64,000 nt of DNA. Source: an uncultured Nitrososphaeraceae archaeon. GTDB taxonomy: Archaea; Thermoproteota; Nitrososphaeria; Nitrososphaerales; Nitrososphaeraceae. Positions 48,458 through 58,644 of the stretch are shown piece by piece. The notes beneath the pieces were generated by a model, which was not told the origin of the DNA, ran no database searches, and was given only the letters and a program-made list of their open reading frames with translations. The translations under genes and the position numbers were made by a program. Each line of letters starts with the position of its first letter. Positions within the stretch are counted from its first letter, which is position 1. The stretch spans positions 32,001-96,000 of the forward strand of contig CAWGVG010000060.1 of NCBI GenBank assembly GCA_963825865.1, in the 5' to 3' direction.

Positions 48458-49444
48458 ATGAAAATCGACAAAATAGCATATAATCCTGGTACCTTGCTTT
48501 CTATGAAGGAGGTCCTTTCATTCTCTAAACTGGCTGATCACAGGCAAAATGTAGATTCACTCTGGGTGCCTGAATCATGGGGACGTGAAGCATTTACTTC
48601 TTTAGGGGCATTGTCACAAGTTACAAAGAAGGTTAAACTTGGGACTTCAATTATCGGCATTTATACAAGGACGCCTGCGACAATCGCTATGGCAGCGACC
48701 ACACTAGATATCCTTTCTAACAATAGGACAATAATAGGGCTTGGTGTAAGTACGCCCCCGTTAGTAGAAAATTGGCACGGAACCAAATTTGAACGACCTC
48801 TTTGCAGAATGCGAGAATATATAGAATGCTTGAGACTAATGATGACAGGAGAAAAGGTATATTACAATGGAAGATTCATTAAGGTAAAGAATTTCAAGCT
48901 GTTACATAAACCAAAAAGACAGAAAATACCAATCTTTGTTGCTGCGGTAAATAAAAATATGATATCATTAGCTTGTGATCTTGCTGATGGTGTTTTGTTA
49001 TATCTTCGTCCGATAGAAGAATTGAGAAATACTGTTTCCCTTATAAAATCAGATGCAAGAAAGAAACACAAGGACTTTGAAATTGCTTCTGTATTTATTG
49101 GAGCGGTATCCAATAAAGAGCCTGAAAAAGCTCGTGAACGTGCGGCAAAAACTCTTGCATTTTACATAGCAGTGGGAAAATACTACAACAGATTTTTATC
49201 TGATAATGGTTTTCAAAACGACGTAGAACAAATTACTTTAGAATATCATCGCAATGGATTGGAAATAGCTTCAAAGCTTGTTTCAGAAAGGATGCTGAAC
49301 TCTCTCACTATCTCTGGGAATAGCGAACAATGTATTAGCTCATTAGGAAAATTCTTATCTGCAGGTATTTCTCTACCTATAATCCAAGTTAATCCCGTAA
49401 GTAATACGGAAAGTTCAATTAGGGAGATGCTTTCAACATTTTAA
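48458..49444 (+). CDS. LLM-class (F420-dependent) oxidoreductase
   Basis: WVPESWG, LGTSII, RTPATIAM, IGLG and LADG. Confidence 0.85.
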   Translation: MKIDKIAYNPGTLLSMKEVLSFSKLADHRQNVDSLWVPESWGREAFTSLGALSQVTKKVKLGTSIIGIYTRTPATIAMAATTLDILSNNRTIIGLGVSTPPLVENWHGTKFERPLCRMREYIECLRLMMTGEKVYYNGRFIKVKNFKLLHKPKRQKIPIFVAAVNKNMISLACDLADGVLLYLRPIEELRNTVSLIKSDARKKHKDFEIASVFIGAVSNKEPEKARERAAKTLAFYIAVGKYYNRFLSDNGFQNDVEQITLEYHRNGLEIASKLVSERMLNSLTISGNSEQCISSLGKFLSAGISLPIIQVNPVSNTESSIREMLSTF

Positions 49445-49445
49445 G

Positions 49446-50547
49446 ATGCGCAAGGTAGCCATCTCATCGTATGCAACTTCTGAATTTATAAAAAATTCAA
49501 ATTCATCAATATTCGAATTAGCATGCAAGCCTTGCATTGAAATTTTGAAGAACAGCAAATTATCTAAAAGGAATATAGATGCTGTTCTGTTTTCTACTTG
49601 TTCAGCTGAACAGTATAGCTCAAGTATTTTATGTGAATTGCTTGGAATAAAACCAAAAATTTCACACAGAATTGACAATCTTTGCAATTCTGGAGCGAAT
49701 GCTGTGGTTTCTGCTTATTCATACATCTCTTCTGGTCTTTGCGATTCTGCGCTGGTTGTAGGTGCGGAAAAAGCCATTAGCCCTGGTAATAAACTTGTAT
49801 GGGATATAACAAGAGGCCAATTTACATTACCGGTACATTGGGCGGCAATATTTGCAAAAGCACATATGCGAAAGTATGGAACTACAGAAGAGCAGATGGG
49901 AATGGTATCGGTTAGAAACCATATGAATGCTAGAAAAAATCCGACTGCCTTATTTAAAGAAGTAGTAACATTAAGAGACGTAATGCAGTCAAGGAAAATT
50001 GTAGACCCTATAAAGTTGTTAGATTGTTCGTCTCCTTGTGATGGTTCTTCAGCCGTATTGCTATTATCTGAAAATAAGGCTAAAGAACTAACTGATAATC
50101 CTGTTTGGATAAAAGGAATAGGCGAGCAGACTACTTCTGCTAGCTTTAGTAAGACGACCTACGATCTTTCGACAATTGGAGACTGCAAGAGTTGCCGCAA
50201 GAAATGCTTTCAATATGTCTAAAATTAGTCCAAGGAATATCGATGTTGCAGAATTGCACGATGCCTTTACGATCCTAGAGATACTTGCATATGAAGACCT
50301 TTATTTTGTAGAAAAAGGAAATGGAGGTAAATTTGTTAACCAGAAGGAGATAGCGATCAATCCTCGGGGAGGAATCCTTGGTTGTGGTCATCCAGTTGGT
50401 ACGACTGGAGTAGCCCAAATTGCGGAGATCACAGCACAACTATCTGGAAATGCTGGTAGAAGACAGGTGAAAGGATGTAAGACAGGTTTAACTCATAATC
50501 TTGCGGCAGCCGGGACATCTGCCACGGTTATTATTATGGGTGTTTAA
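49446..50547 (+). CDS. Archaeal acetyl-CoA acetyltransferase (thiolase); indel near 50178
   Basis: LCNSG, NH.NA..NP.A, DCSSPCDG, ELHDAF and NPRGG...GHPVG.TG. Confidence 0.9.
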
Positions 50548-50551
50548 ATTT

Positions 50552-50890
50552 ATGCTGAAATTCCTTAGCTACCTTCGAAAAGGTGAATTCAGAATTTCTA
50601 TTTGCAGTTCGTGTGGTAAAAAAATATGGCCACCTTCTGAAAATTGTTCTGTCTGCCTCTCAAAAACAATTCTAAAGAAAAATCATGGAGAAGGAGAATT
50701 AATCGAATTTACTCATTCGTATACGAAGCATAGTGAAGGAGAATTTGGCATTGTAGATATTTGTGGGATTAGAGTCGTTGGATCCATATCCGGTGAGCCA
50801 TTATGGCATGGAATGAAAGTAATAATGACTAAATGTGGAGTTTCTACTAACGGAACTGTATTTTATCAGTTTCAACCAGTACAACATTGA
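50552..50890 (+). CDS. Zn-ribbon/OB-fold (DUF35) thiolase partner
   Basis: CSSCG...PP...CSVC, immediately after the thiolase. Confidence 0.8.
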   Translation: MLKFLSYLRKGEFRISICSSCGKKIWPPSENCSVCLSKTILKKNHGEGELIEFTHSYTKHSEGEFGIVDICGIRVVGSISGEPLWHGMKVIMTKCGVSTNGTVFYQFQPVQH

Positions 50891-50954
50891 AAAACATAAT
50901 ACCTTAAAGCACCGAAGACTTGATTAATAATAATATAATACACAAGTCTACTAT

Positions 50955-51314
50955 ATGAGTTATGACAGATTCATAGACGACAGACTGTTGACAAGCAGAG
51001 ATGCACTTAATAAGATTCAGATAAAGATAAAACTTGTCAATTTCGATGAAAATGCAAGAGACTATTCTCAAAGATTTGGTGGCCGTATTTTAATTAAGAA
51101 AGTATTGCTTACTATCAAACATATTGACACTGAAAAAATTGAAGAGAAGGAGTTAGACGTAGAGGACCTTGAGAAAAGAATAAGAAAGGAAAGATTATTT
51201 TCCTCCTCAAATAGATGGGTTTCACCTTCTGAAATCAAGAATGGGTATATTGTTGCAAGCCGACATCTAGATCTGCTTTCTGATGCAATCGCTTTAGATA
51301 TCATTTCAGTATAA
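50955..51314 (+). CDS. Hypothetical protein
   Basis: 119-aa ORF with clean start and stop. Confidence 0.65.
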   Translation: MSYDRFIDDRLLTSRDALNKIQIKIKLVNFDENARDYSQRFGGRILIKKVLLTIKHIDTEKIEEKELDVEDLEKRIRKERLFSSSNRWVSPSEIKNGYIVASRHLDLLSDAIALDIISV

Positions 51315-51394
51315 TTAGCTCAGCTATGGAAGAGAGGTAATGTGATAGAAATTTGAGATAATGGATGACAATTTTAATACTTACAGACAAGATA

Positions 51395-51418
51395 TTTCTA
51401 AACTCGAAATTTGAAAAG
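51395..51418. repeat. Palindrome copy 5 (TTTCTAAACTCGAAATTTGAAAAG)
   Basis: Shares the left flank ACAAGATR with copy 2. About 40 bp beyond the tRNA-Asn 3' end. Confidence 0.55.
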
Positions 51419-51459
51419 TAATTATTAATATTATCTTCTAGGATGTGTTTAAACAAGAA

Positions 51460-51566
51460 TGGCGCCGCTGATCAGACTCGAACTGATGACCCACTGGTTA
51501 ACAGCCAGCTGAGCTTCATGTTGCGTCATCCTATGAATTTGCTCTACCATGCTGAGCTACAGCGGC
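51460..51566 (-). tRNA. tRNA-Asn(GTT) with 30-nt intron at position 27/28 (51509..51538); CCA encoded
   Basis: Acceptor GCCGCTG/CAGCGGC, D-stem GCTC/GAGC, anticodon arm ACTGG-CTGTTAA-CCAGT after intron removal, and T-arm ATCAG-TTCGAGT-CTGAT. Confidence 0.92.
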
Positions 51567-51753
51567 GCATTATAGAACGAATTTAAGCACAAAATAAATG
51601 TTTAGATAATTAACATCTCAAATGCCCTTGAATAGTTAGATGTATTTTAGTACTAACAGGTATATGATTTATCTCAATACTGTGGTTTGGCTAATATATA
51701 AAAATGGGCTCTAAAGGTTGTTATACTATACACTTGGCAACAGGATTATATTA

Positions 51754-52313
51754 TCAATGCGGTGGCATTCCTTTTTCTCGTGCGTAAATATACAAACCAT
51801 CCAGAAATACTCTCTGATCTTTATCTTTAATCCTCGTCGAAGATTCTATATTTGCTGCCTGTCTGAGATACATATTCTAAACTCGGTCCTTGTACCTATG
51901 ACATCTTCCCCTACGACATTAACCCGTGTAGAATCATCTACAATCCGAGAAATTCTTGGCGACCTTTCACCAAAAAAGTTCTCTACATATATTTCCTGCC
52001 CTTTTACTTTTACGGATATTGGAAAGTGTGCATAGACTATCTTCAATTTATATGTAAACCCTTTCTCAACCCCAAGTATCATACTGTTGATGATGCTTTT
52101 AGCAGTATTTGTTATAGCAAGATCTTTCTTTCTTATTCCATAGGGCTTTATAATAATTTCTTTGTTATTGACCGTAACCGTTGCAGGCAGCCTTGTAAAA
52201 TCCTTTTTTAAAGTTCCTAATTTGCCCTTCACAATAATGGTGTTATCTTCCTTTGAAATCATTACGTCGCCAGTTATTGCTATCTCGGCAAGAATTTCGT
52301 CCTTAGTAGACAT
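51754..52313 (-). CDS. rpl6: 50S ribosomal protein L6 (indels near 51859 and 51896)
   Basis: VKGKLG, YAHFP and NFFGER. The shifted frame gives QTAANIE...DQRVFLDGLY. Confidence 0.92.
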
Positions 52314-52695
52314 AGCCAATTAGAACCCCGCCTAATCCTTTATTTTGTGCTTCATGGTGAGACATAATTCCTTCGCTTGTTGATACAAGCAGAATTCCCA
52401 TGCTGTATGCTGGCAAAAATTGTCTTTCCCAATCCAGATACCCGTCTTTCTTTACGCTAAATCTCGGCGTCACTATTCCACATTTATTGATCTTTGCCAA
52501 TAATTGTATTCTAAATTTGCCTGATCTGCCATCGTCAATCTGTTCAAATTCACCTATATATCGTTGCTTCTGCATCGCAAGTAAAATTTCACTTGCAAAT
52601 CTTGATGCAGGAATTACGACACACTCCTTCTTTCTACGAGATTCATTATTGTACAAAGTTGTAAATAGATTCGATAATACATTTAAGGCTGGCAT
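52303..52695 (-). CDS. rps8: 30S ribosomal protein S8
   Basis: YIGEFE.IDDGR.GK and STSEGIMSH.EA....LGG. Confidence 0.96.
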   Translation of the reverse strand: MPALNVLSNLFTTLYNNESRRKKECVVIPASRFASEILLAMQKQRYIGEFEQIDDGRSGKFRIQLLAKINKCGIVTPRFSVKKDGYLDWERQFLPAYSMGILLVSTSEGIMSHHEAQNKGLGGVLIGYVY

Positions 52696-52716
52696 TTCTC
52701 TACTACTTCCAATCCA

Positions 52717-52896
52717 TTATTCATATTTAATGAAACCTAAACTTGCTGCCACTTCTCTGAAACACTGCCTACATAGCATTATGTTATATTTTTGGATAAT
52801 ACCTACATATGAACCACATCTTTTGCACCATCTGTTTCCTTTGCCATGTGGGAGTAATTTTCTCCCTGTCACGCCATATTCTCGTGGTTTTGGCAT
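52717..52896 (-). CDS. rps14: 30S ribosomal protein S14 (not in ORF track)
   Basis: [59 protein letters not shown]. Confidence 0.95.
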   Translation of the reverse strand: MPKPREYGVTGRKLLPHGKGNRWCKRCGSYVGIIQKYNIMLCRQCFREVAASLGFIKYE

Positions 52897-53426
52897 TAAA
52901 CTAATTCAGCTCCGTATTGTTGTTGGAAGAATTCAATACCTTCTTGTTTAGTTATTCTATGTCTTTTACCGATGCTTTTCTTTTCCCTTTTACTAGCTAT
53001 TCTATAGCCTGGTCTTGTTAGCACAACATTAACGTCCATTCCAAATATCCCAATATCGGGATTGTATTTTGTTCCTGGTATATCAATATGCTCATGGATC
53101 CCGATAGAGATATTTCCGTGCTGATCAAAAGAAGAAGCTTTCATTGTATTTCTATTTGCTTCAAGTACGCTCTTTAAAAATTTAACAGCTGACTCTCTTC
53201 TAAGCGTTACCATCGTCCCAATTGGTTCTCCTTTGTGGATACCAAAATCCCTAACACTTTTCCTTGCTCCACGTACACTTGGCTTCTTGCCAGTTAATTC
53301 TTCTAATGCATGCTTTGCCTTTTCTAACGGGTCACCAGATTTACCTACCCCAATATTTATCACAATCTTATCCACACTTATCTTCTTCATTGGATGAGTT
53401 GTTCGTTGAATTTGTTCTTGGCTCAT
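52896..53426 (-). CDS. rpl5: 50S ribosomal protein L5
   Basis: KIVINIGVG and [20 protein letters not shown]. Confidence 0.96.
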   Translation of the reverse strand: MSQEQIQRTTHPMKKISVDKIVINIGVGKSGDPLEKAKHALEELTGKKPSVRGARKSVRDFGIHKGEPIGTMVTLRRESAVKFLKSVLEANRNTMKASSFDQHGNISIGIHEHIDIPGTKYNPDIGIFGMDVNVVLTRPGYRIASKREKKSIGKRHRITKQEGIEFFQQQYGAELV

Positions 53427-53430
53427 ACTG

Positions 53431-54147
53431 TTAGTTCACCTTAATTATCGGTTTGTCCACTCCGACTGCCATAACGATTTGCACAGGTAATTCAACCGAT
53501 CTATCTGCAAACGATACAACCACACGCTTTGGCAGGGAAAATATGCCATCTCTAATGGTTTCTACCTTGCCGACGTTTCCTGCATTCTCACCGCTGGTTA
53601 TTAGAACCACAGATCCTTGTTCGAATTTAATATGGCTATTGATTTCCGCCTTAGGGAGTTGTACTAGACAGGTATCCCCTACCATCATCATTCGATCACT
53701 AATGAGAGTTTTTCCATCATGGAACCCATATTGAAGCTTGTTTCCTTTAATCATAACTTTGCTTGTGATTTTGATTAGTTTGAGGGTTTTCTCATTTTCA
53801 TTAATTATAACTGGTACTAATAATTTCGAATCTTTTGGAACAAAACGATAAGATTGTCCAGTTGGAATTAGTTCTATCACATCCATCAATCCGATTGAAA
53901 AGTTGATGTCCCTTCTAATAACACCGTCGACTTTTACTTTTCCTTCATTCACTATCTTTTCTGATTCGTGCATTGTATTTGCTACTTTAAGTATGTCTCT
54001 CAAAATAATTCCCAAAGGATATGCCCTTTCCTTTGAATGCGGTCCAGGTTTGACCCGAAGTACAAATTGGCTTTCTTTCCTCTTCACATCCCAGAACGTT
54101 GGAGCCAATTGTCTCTTCACTCTGGTATCTCCGCCCTTTTTTGCCAC
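53431..54147 (-). CDS. rps4e: 30S ribosomal protein S4e
   Basis: PGPH, VKVDG..R.D, HDG and GEN.G.VG. Confidence 0.95.
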   Translation of the reverse strand: MAKKGGDTRVKRQLAPTFWDVKRKESQFVLRVKPGPHSKERAYPLGIILRDILKVANTMHESEKIVNEGKVKVDGVIRRDINFSIGLMDVIELIPTGQSYRFVPKDSKLLVPVIINENEKTLKLIKITSKVMIKGNKLQYGFHDGKTLISDRMMMVGDTCLVQLPKAEINSHIKFEQGSVVLITSGENAGNVGKVETIRDGIFSLPKRVVVSFADRSVELPVQIVMAVGVDKPIIKVN

Positions 54148-54590
54148 TAATTTTCACTCTCCTCTTTTTTTCTATTTTTTTTCTTTTTTGAAACCTTCCT
54201 GTTATATTTTTTACTCTCATCCTTTTTTTCCTTAGAAATTGGTTCAGCTTCCAAAGTCGGAGAAAGTTTATTCTTTCTATATTTATCATCTAAATTGAAT
54301 GCTGTGAGCATCACGTTAGAAGCATGGATCTGAACCTTGACATTTCCACCTCGAACTTTTTCTCTCTGGATACCTTCAATCGCCAAGGTCCCCCTTTTGG
54401 TATTAACTTTTTCTACTTTACCTTCAATTCCGGAATATTCACCACGCAACACCTTAACAGAATCACCTTTTGCTACCCTTGCACTGCGTCTGCCATATTG
54501 TTGACGTAAAGTGTCTGCAAGCGTAGCTCCTATCATGGCATCTCGAACATGTTTTGGGACGTGCAAAAGTTTTATATTCATATTTACCAT
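54147..54590 (-). CDS. rpl24: 50S ribosomal protein L24
   Basis: KGDSVKVLRG and IHASNV. Confidence 0.92.
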   Translation of the reverse strand: MVNMNIKLLHVPKHVRDAMIGATLADTLRQQYGRRSARVAKGDSVKVLRGEYSGIEGKVEKVNTKRGTLAIEGIQREKVRGGNVKVQIHASNVMLTAFNLDDKYRKNKLSPTLEAEPISKEKKDESKKYNRKVSKKKKNRKKEESEN

Positions 54591-54604
54591 TGTTTTACCA
54601 ACTC

Positions 54605-55040
54605 CTAAATTATTAATGAAGCCAGATTTGCTATTCTTGGCCATTTTTCTGCTGCTTTGGCAGCCACGGGTCCCTTAACATCAGTTCCTTTAATCTCTCC
54701 TTCAGGAGTTACAAGAACCGCCGCATTATCTTCAAATGTTACACGAACACCGTTCAATCTTTTTATAGGATATTTTTGTCTGACTATCACGGCACCGAAT
54801 ATCTGTTTGCGTATTTCTGCAGGACCCTTTTTAACTGTCACGGTCACAAAATCCCCTACAGCGGCTGCCAGGCAATCTTGAATGTCTTCCCTTGTACCTT
54901 GTAACTTGTGCTATACGCAAGATCTTTGCCCCAGTGTTATCTGCGCATACCAATTCCGCTGTAATCGGTAGAACTCTTGTAATATATGGACGAAATTCTT
55001 CGACACCCTTTGCCGAAACCGCCCTTGTTTTACTTGCCAT
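54605..55040 (-). CDS. rpl14: 50S ribosomal protein L14 (indel near 54869)
   Basis: CADNTGAK, VTVKKG and FEDNAAV. Confidence 0.95.
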
Positions 55041-55365
55041 CCTTATTACTAACCTCAATTACAACAAACGATACTGTCTTAGACAAAGGTCTACATTCAG
55101 CAATTTTTACCTCGGATCCTTCTCTAACATCTATACATTCTGGAATATACGCATGCATTCTTGATCTACTCCTCTCATACCTCTTATACTTTATGACAGG
55201 ATGCGGATATTCACGTTCTACAACCGCCATATTTTTTGCTTTAGCACTAACTATCGTTCCAGTAAACAATTTTCCTCTTACCGAAAGGACACCATGAAAC
55301 GGACATAGTCCGTCATCGCATGACTTCCTTGGCGGCATAACAGAAACACCTATATCTCTAACCAC
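55030..55365 (-). CDS. rps17: 30S ribosomal protein S17
   Basis: CPFHG.LSVRG and ECRPLSKT. Confidence 0.96.
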   Translation of the reverse strand: MVRDIGVSVMPPRKSCDDGLCPFHGVLSVRGKLFTGTIVSAKAKNMAVVEREYPHPVIKYKRYERSRSRMHAYIPECIDVREGSEVKIAECRPLSKTVSFVVIEVSNKDGK

Positions 55366-55371
55366 TCTTTA

Positions 55372-55647
55372 TCACCTCAATATAGCCCGTGTAACACGAT
55401 CCTCAGGTCTTCCTTTCAATACTGAACCATTTATAAAACAAATGCCTGATGGTAGTTGCATTCTAATTGTTTTTACTGATGTCTTTGCTACATGTTTTAT
55501 ACCGTTATTTGTCTTTATACTAATCATATTTTTTGTTTCTAAAACTATCTTTCCTGACAAGTTAGTAAGTGTTCTATCTCGGCTCTCCTCTATTTTAGAA
55601 TTAAGACCAACTATCTCATGTGAGGAAATGTTTTCGTTGGTAATCAT
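55372..55647 (-). CDS. rnp1: RNase P protein subunit Rpp29
   Basis: HEIVGL...G.IVLETKN...GRPEDR. Confidence 0.88.
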   Translation of the reverse strand: MITNENISSHEIVGLNSKIEESRDRTLTNLSGKIVLETKNMISIKTNNGIKHVAKTSVKTIRMQLPSGICFINGSVLKGRPEDRVTRAILR

Positions 55648-55848
55648 GTTATCTTCCTCTCTGTGAGGAGCGTCAATATTCGGGCGATATCTCTTCTTAT
55701 CCATCTGATATTGCCCGTCTGCTTTTTCAGAGTTCCCTTTGCCAGCTTCGGATCTGAGTTTAGAGAGGTCTGCCTTCAAGTCTGATAATTTATCCGATAG
55801 GTCAACATTATTCATCTCTCTCAGTGTTTTTAATTTAACCCTGGCCAT
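55644..55848 (-). CDS. rpl29: 50S ribosomal protein L29 (indel near 55743)
   Basis: The restored frame reads LREM...SEAAKGTLKKQTGNIRWIRRDIARILT. Confidence 0.88.
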
Positions 55849-56578
55849 TTGTTTTTCCTCCGGCAGCTAGAGCTTCTTGTCCCTCATGAGTCTGTCCTGT
55901 TGAAGTAGCCTGCTCAGGCATAACCTGTGGGGATGATTGCGTGTCTGTTGTTACCTGCGAATTCGACATTTGCGAATCAATCAAAGACATCTCAGATAGC
56001 TCAAATTCCTGAGGTATTTCATTTTTCAGTGCAATTCTCAACTGTATTCCCATAAGGCCCATCTTTGTCAAAACGTGCGTGATACCGACCTTTACTACCT
56101 TCTCTGCAACATCTCCACTTTTTGGCATAATTCCTGCTGAATGTTTTTCAAAATGAGCGCGTTCACTTCTAAGTTTGCCAGCAACCGTTACTTCCACTCC
56201 TAAAGCCCCAGCGTTACTAATTGTATTTATAGTCCAAAGACAGGCTCTTCTAAAAGCTGTACCGCGTTCAATTAGCTGGGCAATCCTATTGCACATTATC
56301 TTTGGATTCAATTCTGGGACAGGAACCTCGAGAACCGAAATTTGCGGATTTGTTAAAGCAAATTTTTGTTCTAGTTTTGTGGTAATATCCCTAATACCAG
56401 CACCTTTTCTTCCAATAACTAGACCAGGTCGAGTTACATAAAGTGTTATTCTGGTTCCGATAGGTGTTTTTTGAACATCAACACCACCATATCCTGCGTC
56501 CTTTAATGTTGCTGCAAGGTATTCATCAAGTTCCATGTTACGATAATTACTCTTCATCACATTCTTGACAGCGCTCAT
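55835..56578 (-). CDS. rps3: 30S ribosomal protein S3
   Basis: RPGLVIGRKG KH domain and GKLRSERA. Confidence 0.96.
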   Translation of the reverse strand: MSAVKNVMKSNYRNMELDEYLAATLKDAGYGGVDVQKTPIGTRITLYVTRPGLVIGRKGAGIRDITTKLEQKFALTNPQISVLEVPVPELNPKIMCNRIAQLIERGTAFRRACLWTINTISNAGALGVEVTVAGKLRSERAHFEKHSAGIMPKSGDVAEKVVKVGITHVLTKMGLMGIQLRIALKNEIPQEFELSEMSLIDSQMSNSQVTTDTQSSPQVMPEQATSTGQTHEGQEALAAGGKTNGQG

Positions 56579-56581
56579 TAT

Positions 56582-57052
56582 TCAGATGTATCTCTCCTGT
56601 GCAATTAATTCTACATGTATCAAAGTATCGATCTTCGGACTCGCTCTTCCCATAGCGCGAGGAGTGAAGCGTTCAAGTTTAGTTCCTTTGTGCACCACAG
56701 CACTAACAATCTTCAATCTGTCAAGATCCATCCCCTTATACTCTGCATTAGATTCTAAATTGTCAAGAAGTAACAAATATTCCTTTGCTGCCTTTTGAGG
56801 ATATCTACCCGCAAAAAAACCATCTCGGATATTGGATCTGTGTGCAACTTCGTTGTTATAGCGCCTGTATGGAAGTGCAATTTTCTTGTCAATGATATTC
56901 TCCAAGAAAATTCTTGCTTTTTCAATTGACAGGCCCTTTATTGCTATTGCGACTTCACGAGCATGTTTATGAGAAACATCTTTTTCTCTAAGTGCTGCTC
57001 TGACGTGCTTTGTTTTGTCAAAATTTCGGAAAGCATATGAATAGTTTGGCAT
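56582..57052 (-). CDS. rpl22: 50S ribosomal protein L22
   Basis: GRYPQKAA, NAEYKG and PRAMGRA. Confidence 0.96.
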   Translation of the reverse strand: MPNYSYAFRNFDKTKHVRAALREKDVSHKHAREVAIAIKGLSIEKARIFLENIIDKKIALPYRRYNNEVAHRSNIRDGFFAGRYPQKAAKEYLLLLDNLESNAEYKGMDLDRLKIVSAVVHKGTKLERFTPRAMGRASPKIDTLIHVELIAQERYI

Positions 57053-57058
57053 ATAAAA

Positions 57059-57466
57059 TCACTTTAGTGGCACATACAGACTTGATCTTGACGAACCGAC
57101 TCCAGGTGCTCCATGCTGAACCCTTTTGTTTGTTATAGCGTATTCACCCAAATAATGTCCAATCATTTCTCGTTTAATATTAACACTTGAAAATTCCTTG
57201 CCATTATAAACATAGATTGCAAGACCAACCATATCAGGTAAAATTATCATATCTCTAACATGAGTTTTCAATTGACCTTTAAGTTTACCTTCCCGAGCTA
57301 GTTTTATCTCCCCCCGCAGTTTTCTCTTTTCATCATTCATATACGTACCGACCCTTTTGTCTAGGGATCTACGCTGTCTGGAATTTAAAAGCGGTAATAG
57401 TGCTTCTACAGATAATGCTTGTAATTGTTCAGATGCGTAACCTTTGAATTTGAACTCACGAACCAA
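57059..57466 (-). CDS. rps19: 30S ribosomal protein S19
   Basis: THVRDMIILPDMVG and MIGHYLGE. Confidence 0.96.
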   Translation of the reverse strand: MVREFKFKGYASEQLQALSVEALLPLLNSRQRRSLDKRVGTYMNDEKRKLRGEIKLAREGKLKGQLKTHVRDMIILPDMVGLAIYVYNGKEFSSVNIKREMIGHYLGEYAITNKRVQHGAPGVGSSRSSLYVPLK

Positions 57467-57534
57467 TTATACCAATATGTCACCTATATTACTACTTTTA
57501 AATCTAACGTGAGATCACATGACAATGTCAATAT

Positions 57535-57828
57535 CTATACAAGACCTAACTTAGTAGCAAGCTCTCTAGCACCTTCAGCTGTTTGAAATTTAACTATCGC
57601 CTTTTTGCCCTGGATGGTTCTTGTAATGTTGACTCCAATCGCCTTGGATTCATACATTATCATTATTGCTTCTATAATTTGCTTCTTGGTTGCTTTTTCG
57701 GCTACGATAAATGCCAGTTTATTTTCCTTTTCTATCATATTGAACGTTTTTTCTGTTATATATGGCCTTAAAATTATCCCACTTACGTCATTCAAAGCCG
57801 TTGATTTAATTTCTGGTTTGCTGTTCAT
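57535..57828 (-). CDS. rpl23: 50S ribosomal protein L23
   Basis: PYITEK, NKLAFIV and GKKAIV. Confidence 0.93.
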   Translation of the reverse strand: MNSKPEIKSTALNDVSGIILRPYITEKTFNMIEKENKLAFIVAEKATKKQIIEAIMIMYESKAIGVNITRTIQGKKAIVKFQTAEGARELATKLGLV

Positions 57829-58644
57829 CTACTTCTAATTATCTCCATTGCTTTATTCAATGGCGCTTTCATGTCATTTAATCGTTTAATCGCGTTTTCC
57901 GAAAAGATTGTTAATCTGATTGGCTTTGAACCAGGAACAAGATCTAATACACTTATTTTCTTCGCTTGCTTAACATCTATTCCAAAGATTGAACCAGATA
58001 TTCTGCCAATGTTTTCCTCATTGTCAACAACTATAAGGGCGCTAACACCTGAACGCGCCTGCCTACCCCTGCGTCTTGCAGTCCCGGATCTTGTTTTGTG
58101 CGAAAAACTCGATCTAACCAAATCTTCATCTAGACCTAAAGCTAAAAGTGCCTTGTGTAGATCTTTTGTTTTTGAAATCAATTCAATGTCATTAGAAACA
58201 ACGAGTGGAAAATTGGAAATTTTACTTACCTTATGGCCCCGTCTCTCAATAAGATCTTTCCTAGCTGTTGCTCGCGATAGCAGAACAGAGCCCTAGTTGT
58301 TTCTCCTTTATGTTAATTTTTTTGTAGGTATTCTTCCAGGATTCGGGAGGATGTGCAACCCTTCCATGCCTCACCCCCGCGACGCCTGCTGCCTGTCCAG
58401 CTCTTGCAAACCCTTCGCCGCGAGCTCTTGCAATTCTTGCTATGCCTAAGCCAGTATTGCGGGATTCAGCACTTACTATTTCACCAGCCGCTGGATAACG
58501 GCCTTGTTTTTGGAATGAATGCGACATCAAGCTCACATAAACCTTATGAATAATATCCGGTCGGAATGGAGTATCGAAAACCGCGGGTAATTGTATAGTA
58601 CCTGATTCTTTACCATCTATTTGGAAAATCTTAATGGCGGCCAT
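57825..58644 (-). CDS. rpl4: 50S ribosomal protein L4 (indel near 58273)
   Basis: FRPDII, SAES..TG.GIARI.R and GRVAHPP. Confidence 0.95.

Noticed and set aside
39924-51418. Palindrome copies as a degenerate CRISPR array (end resembles GAAAG)
   Set aside because: Spacing is irregular and hundreds to thousands of bases, with no leader or cas genes.
55372-55848. Apparent L29-Rpp29 fusion (158-aa ORF)
   Set aside because: It is produced by a 1-nt insertion at ~55743. Correction gives separate L29 and Rpp29 with overlapping ATGA.
51754-58644. Programmed frameshifting or pseudogenisation of ribosomal and biosynthetic genes
   Set aside because: There are no slippery heptamers, the same insertion type occurs in 23S rRNA, and the genes are essential. 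Consensus error is the simpler explanation.
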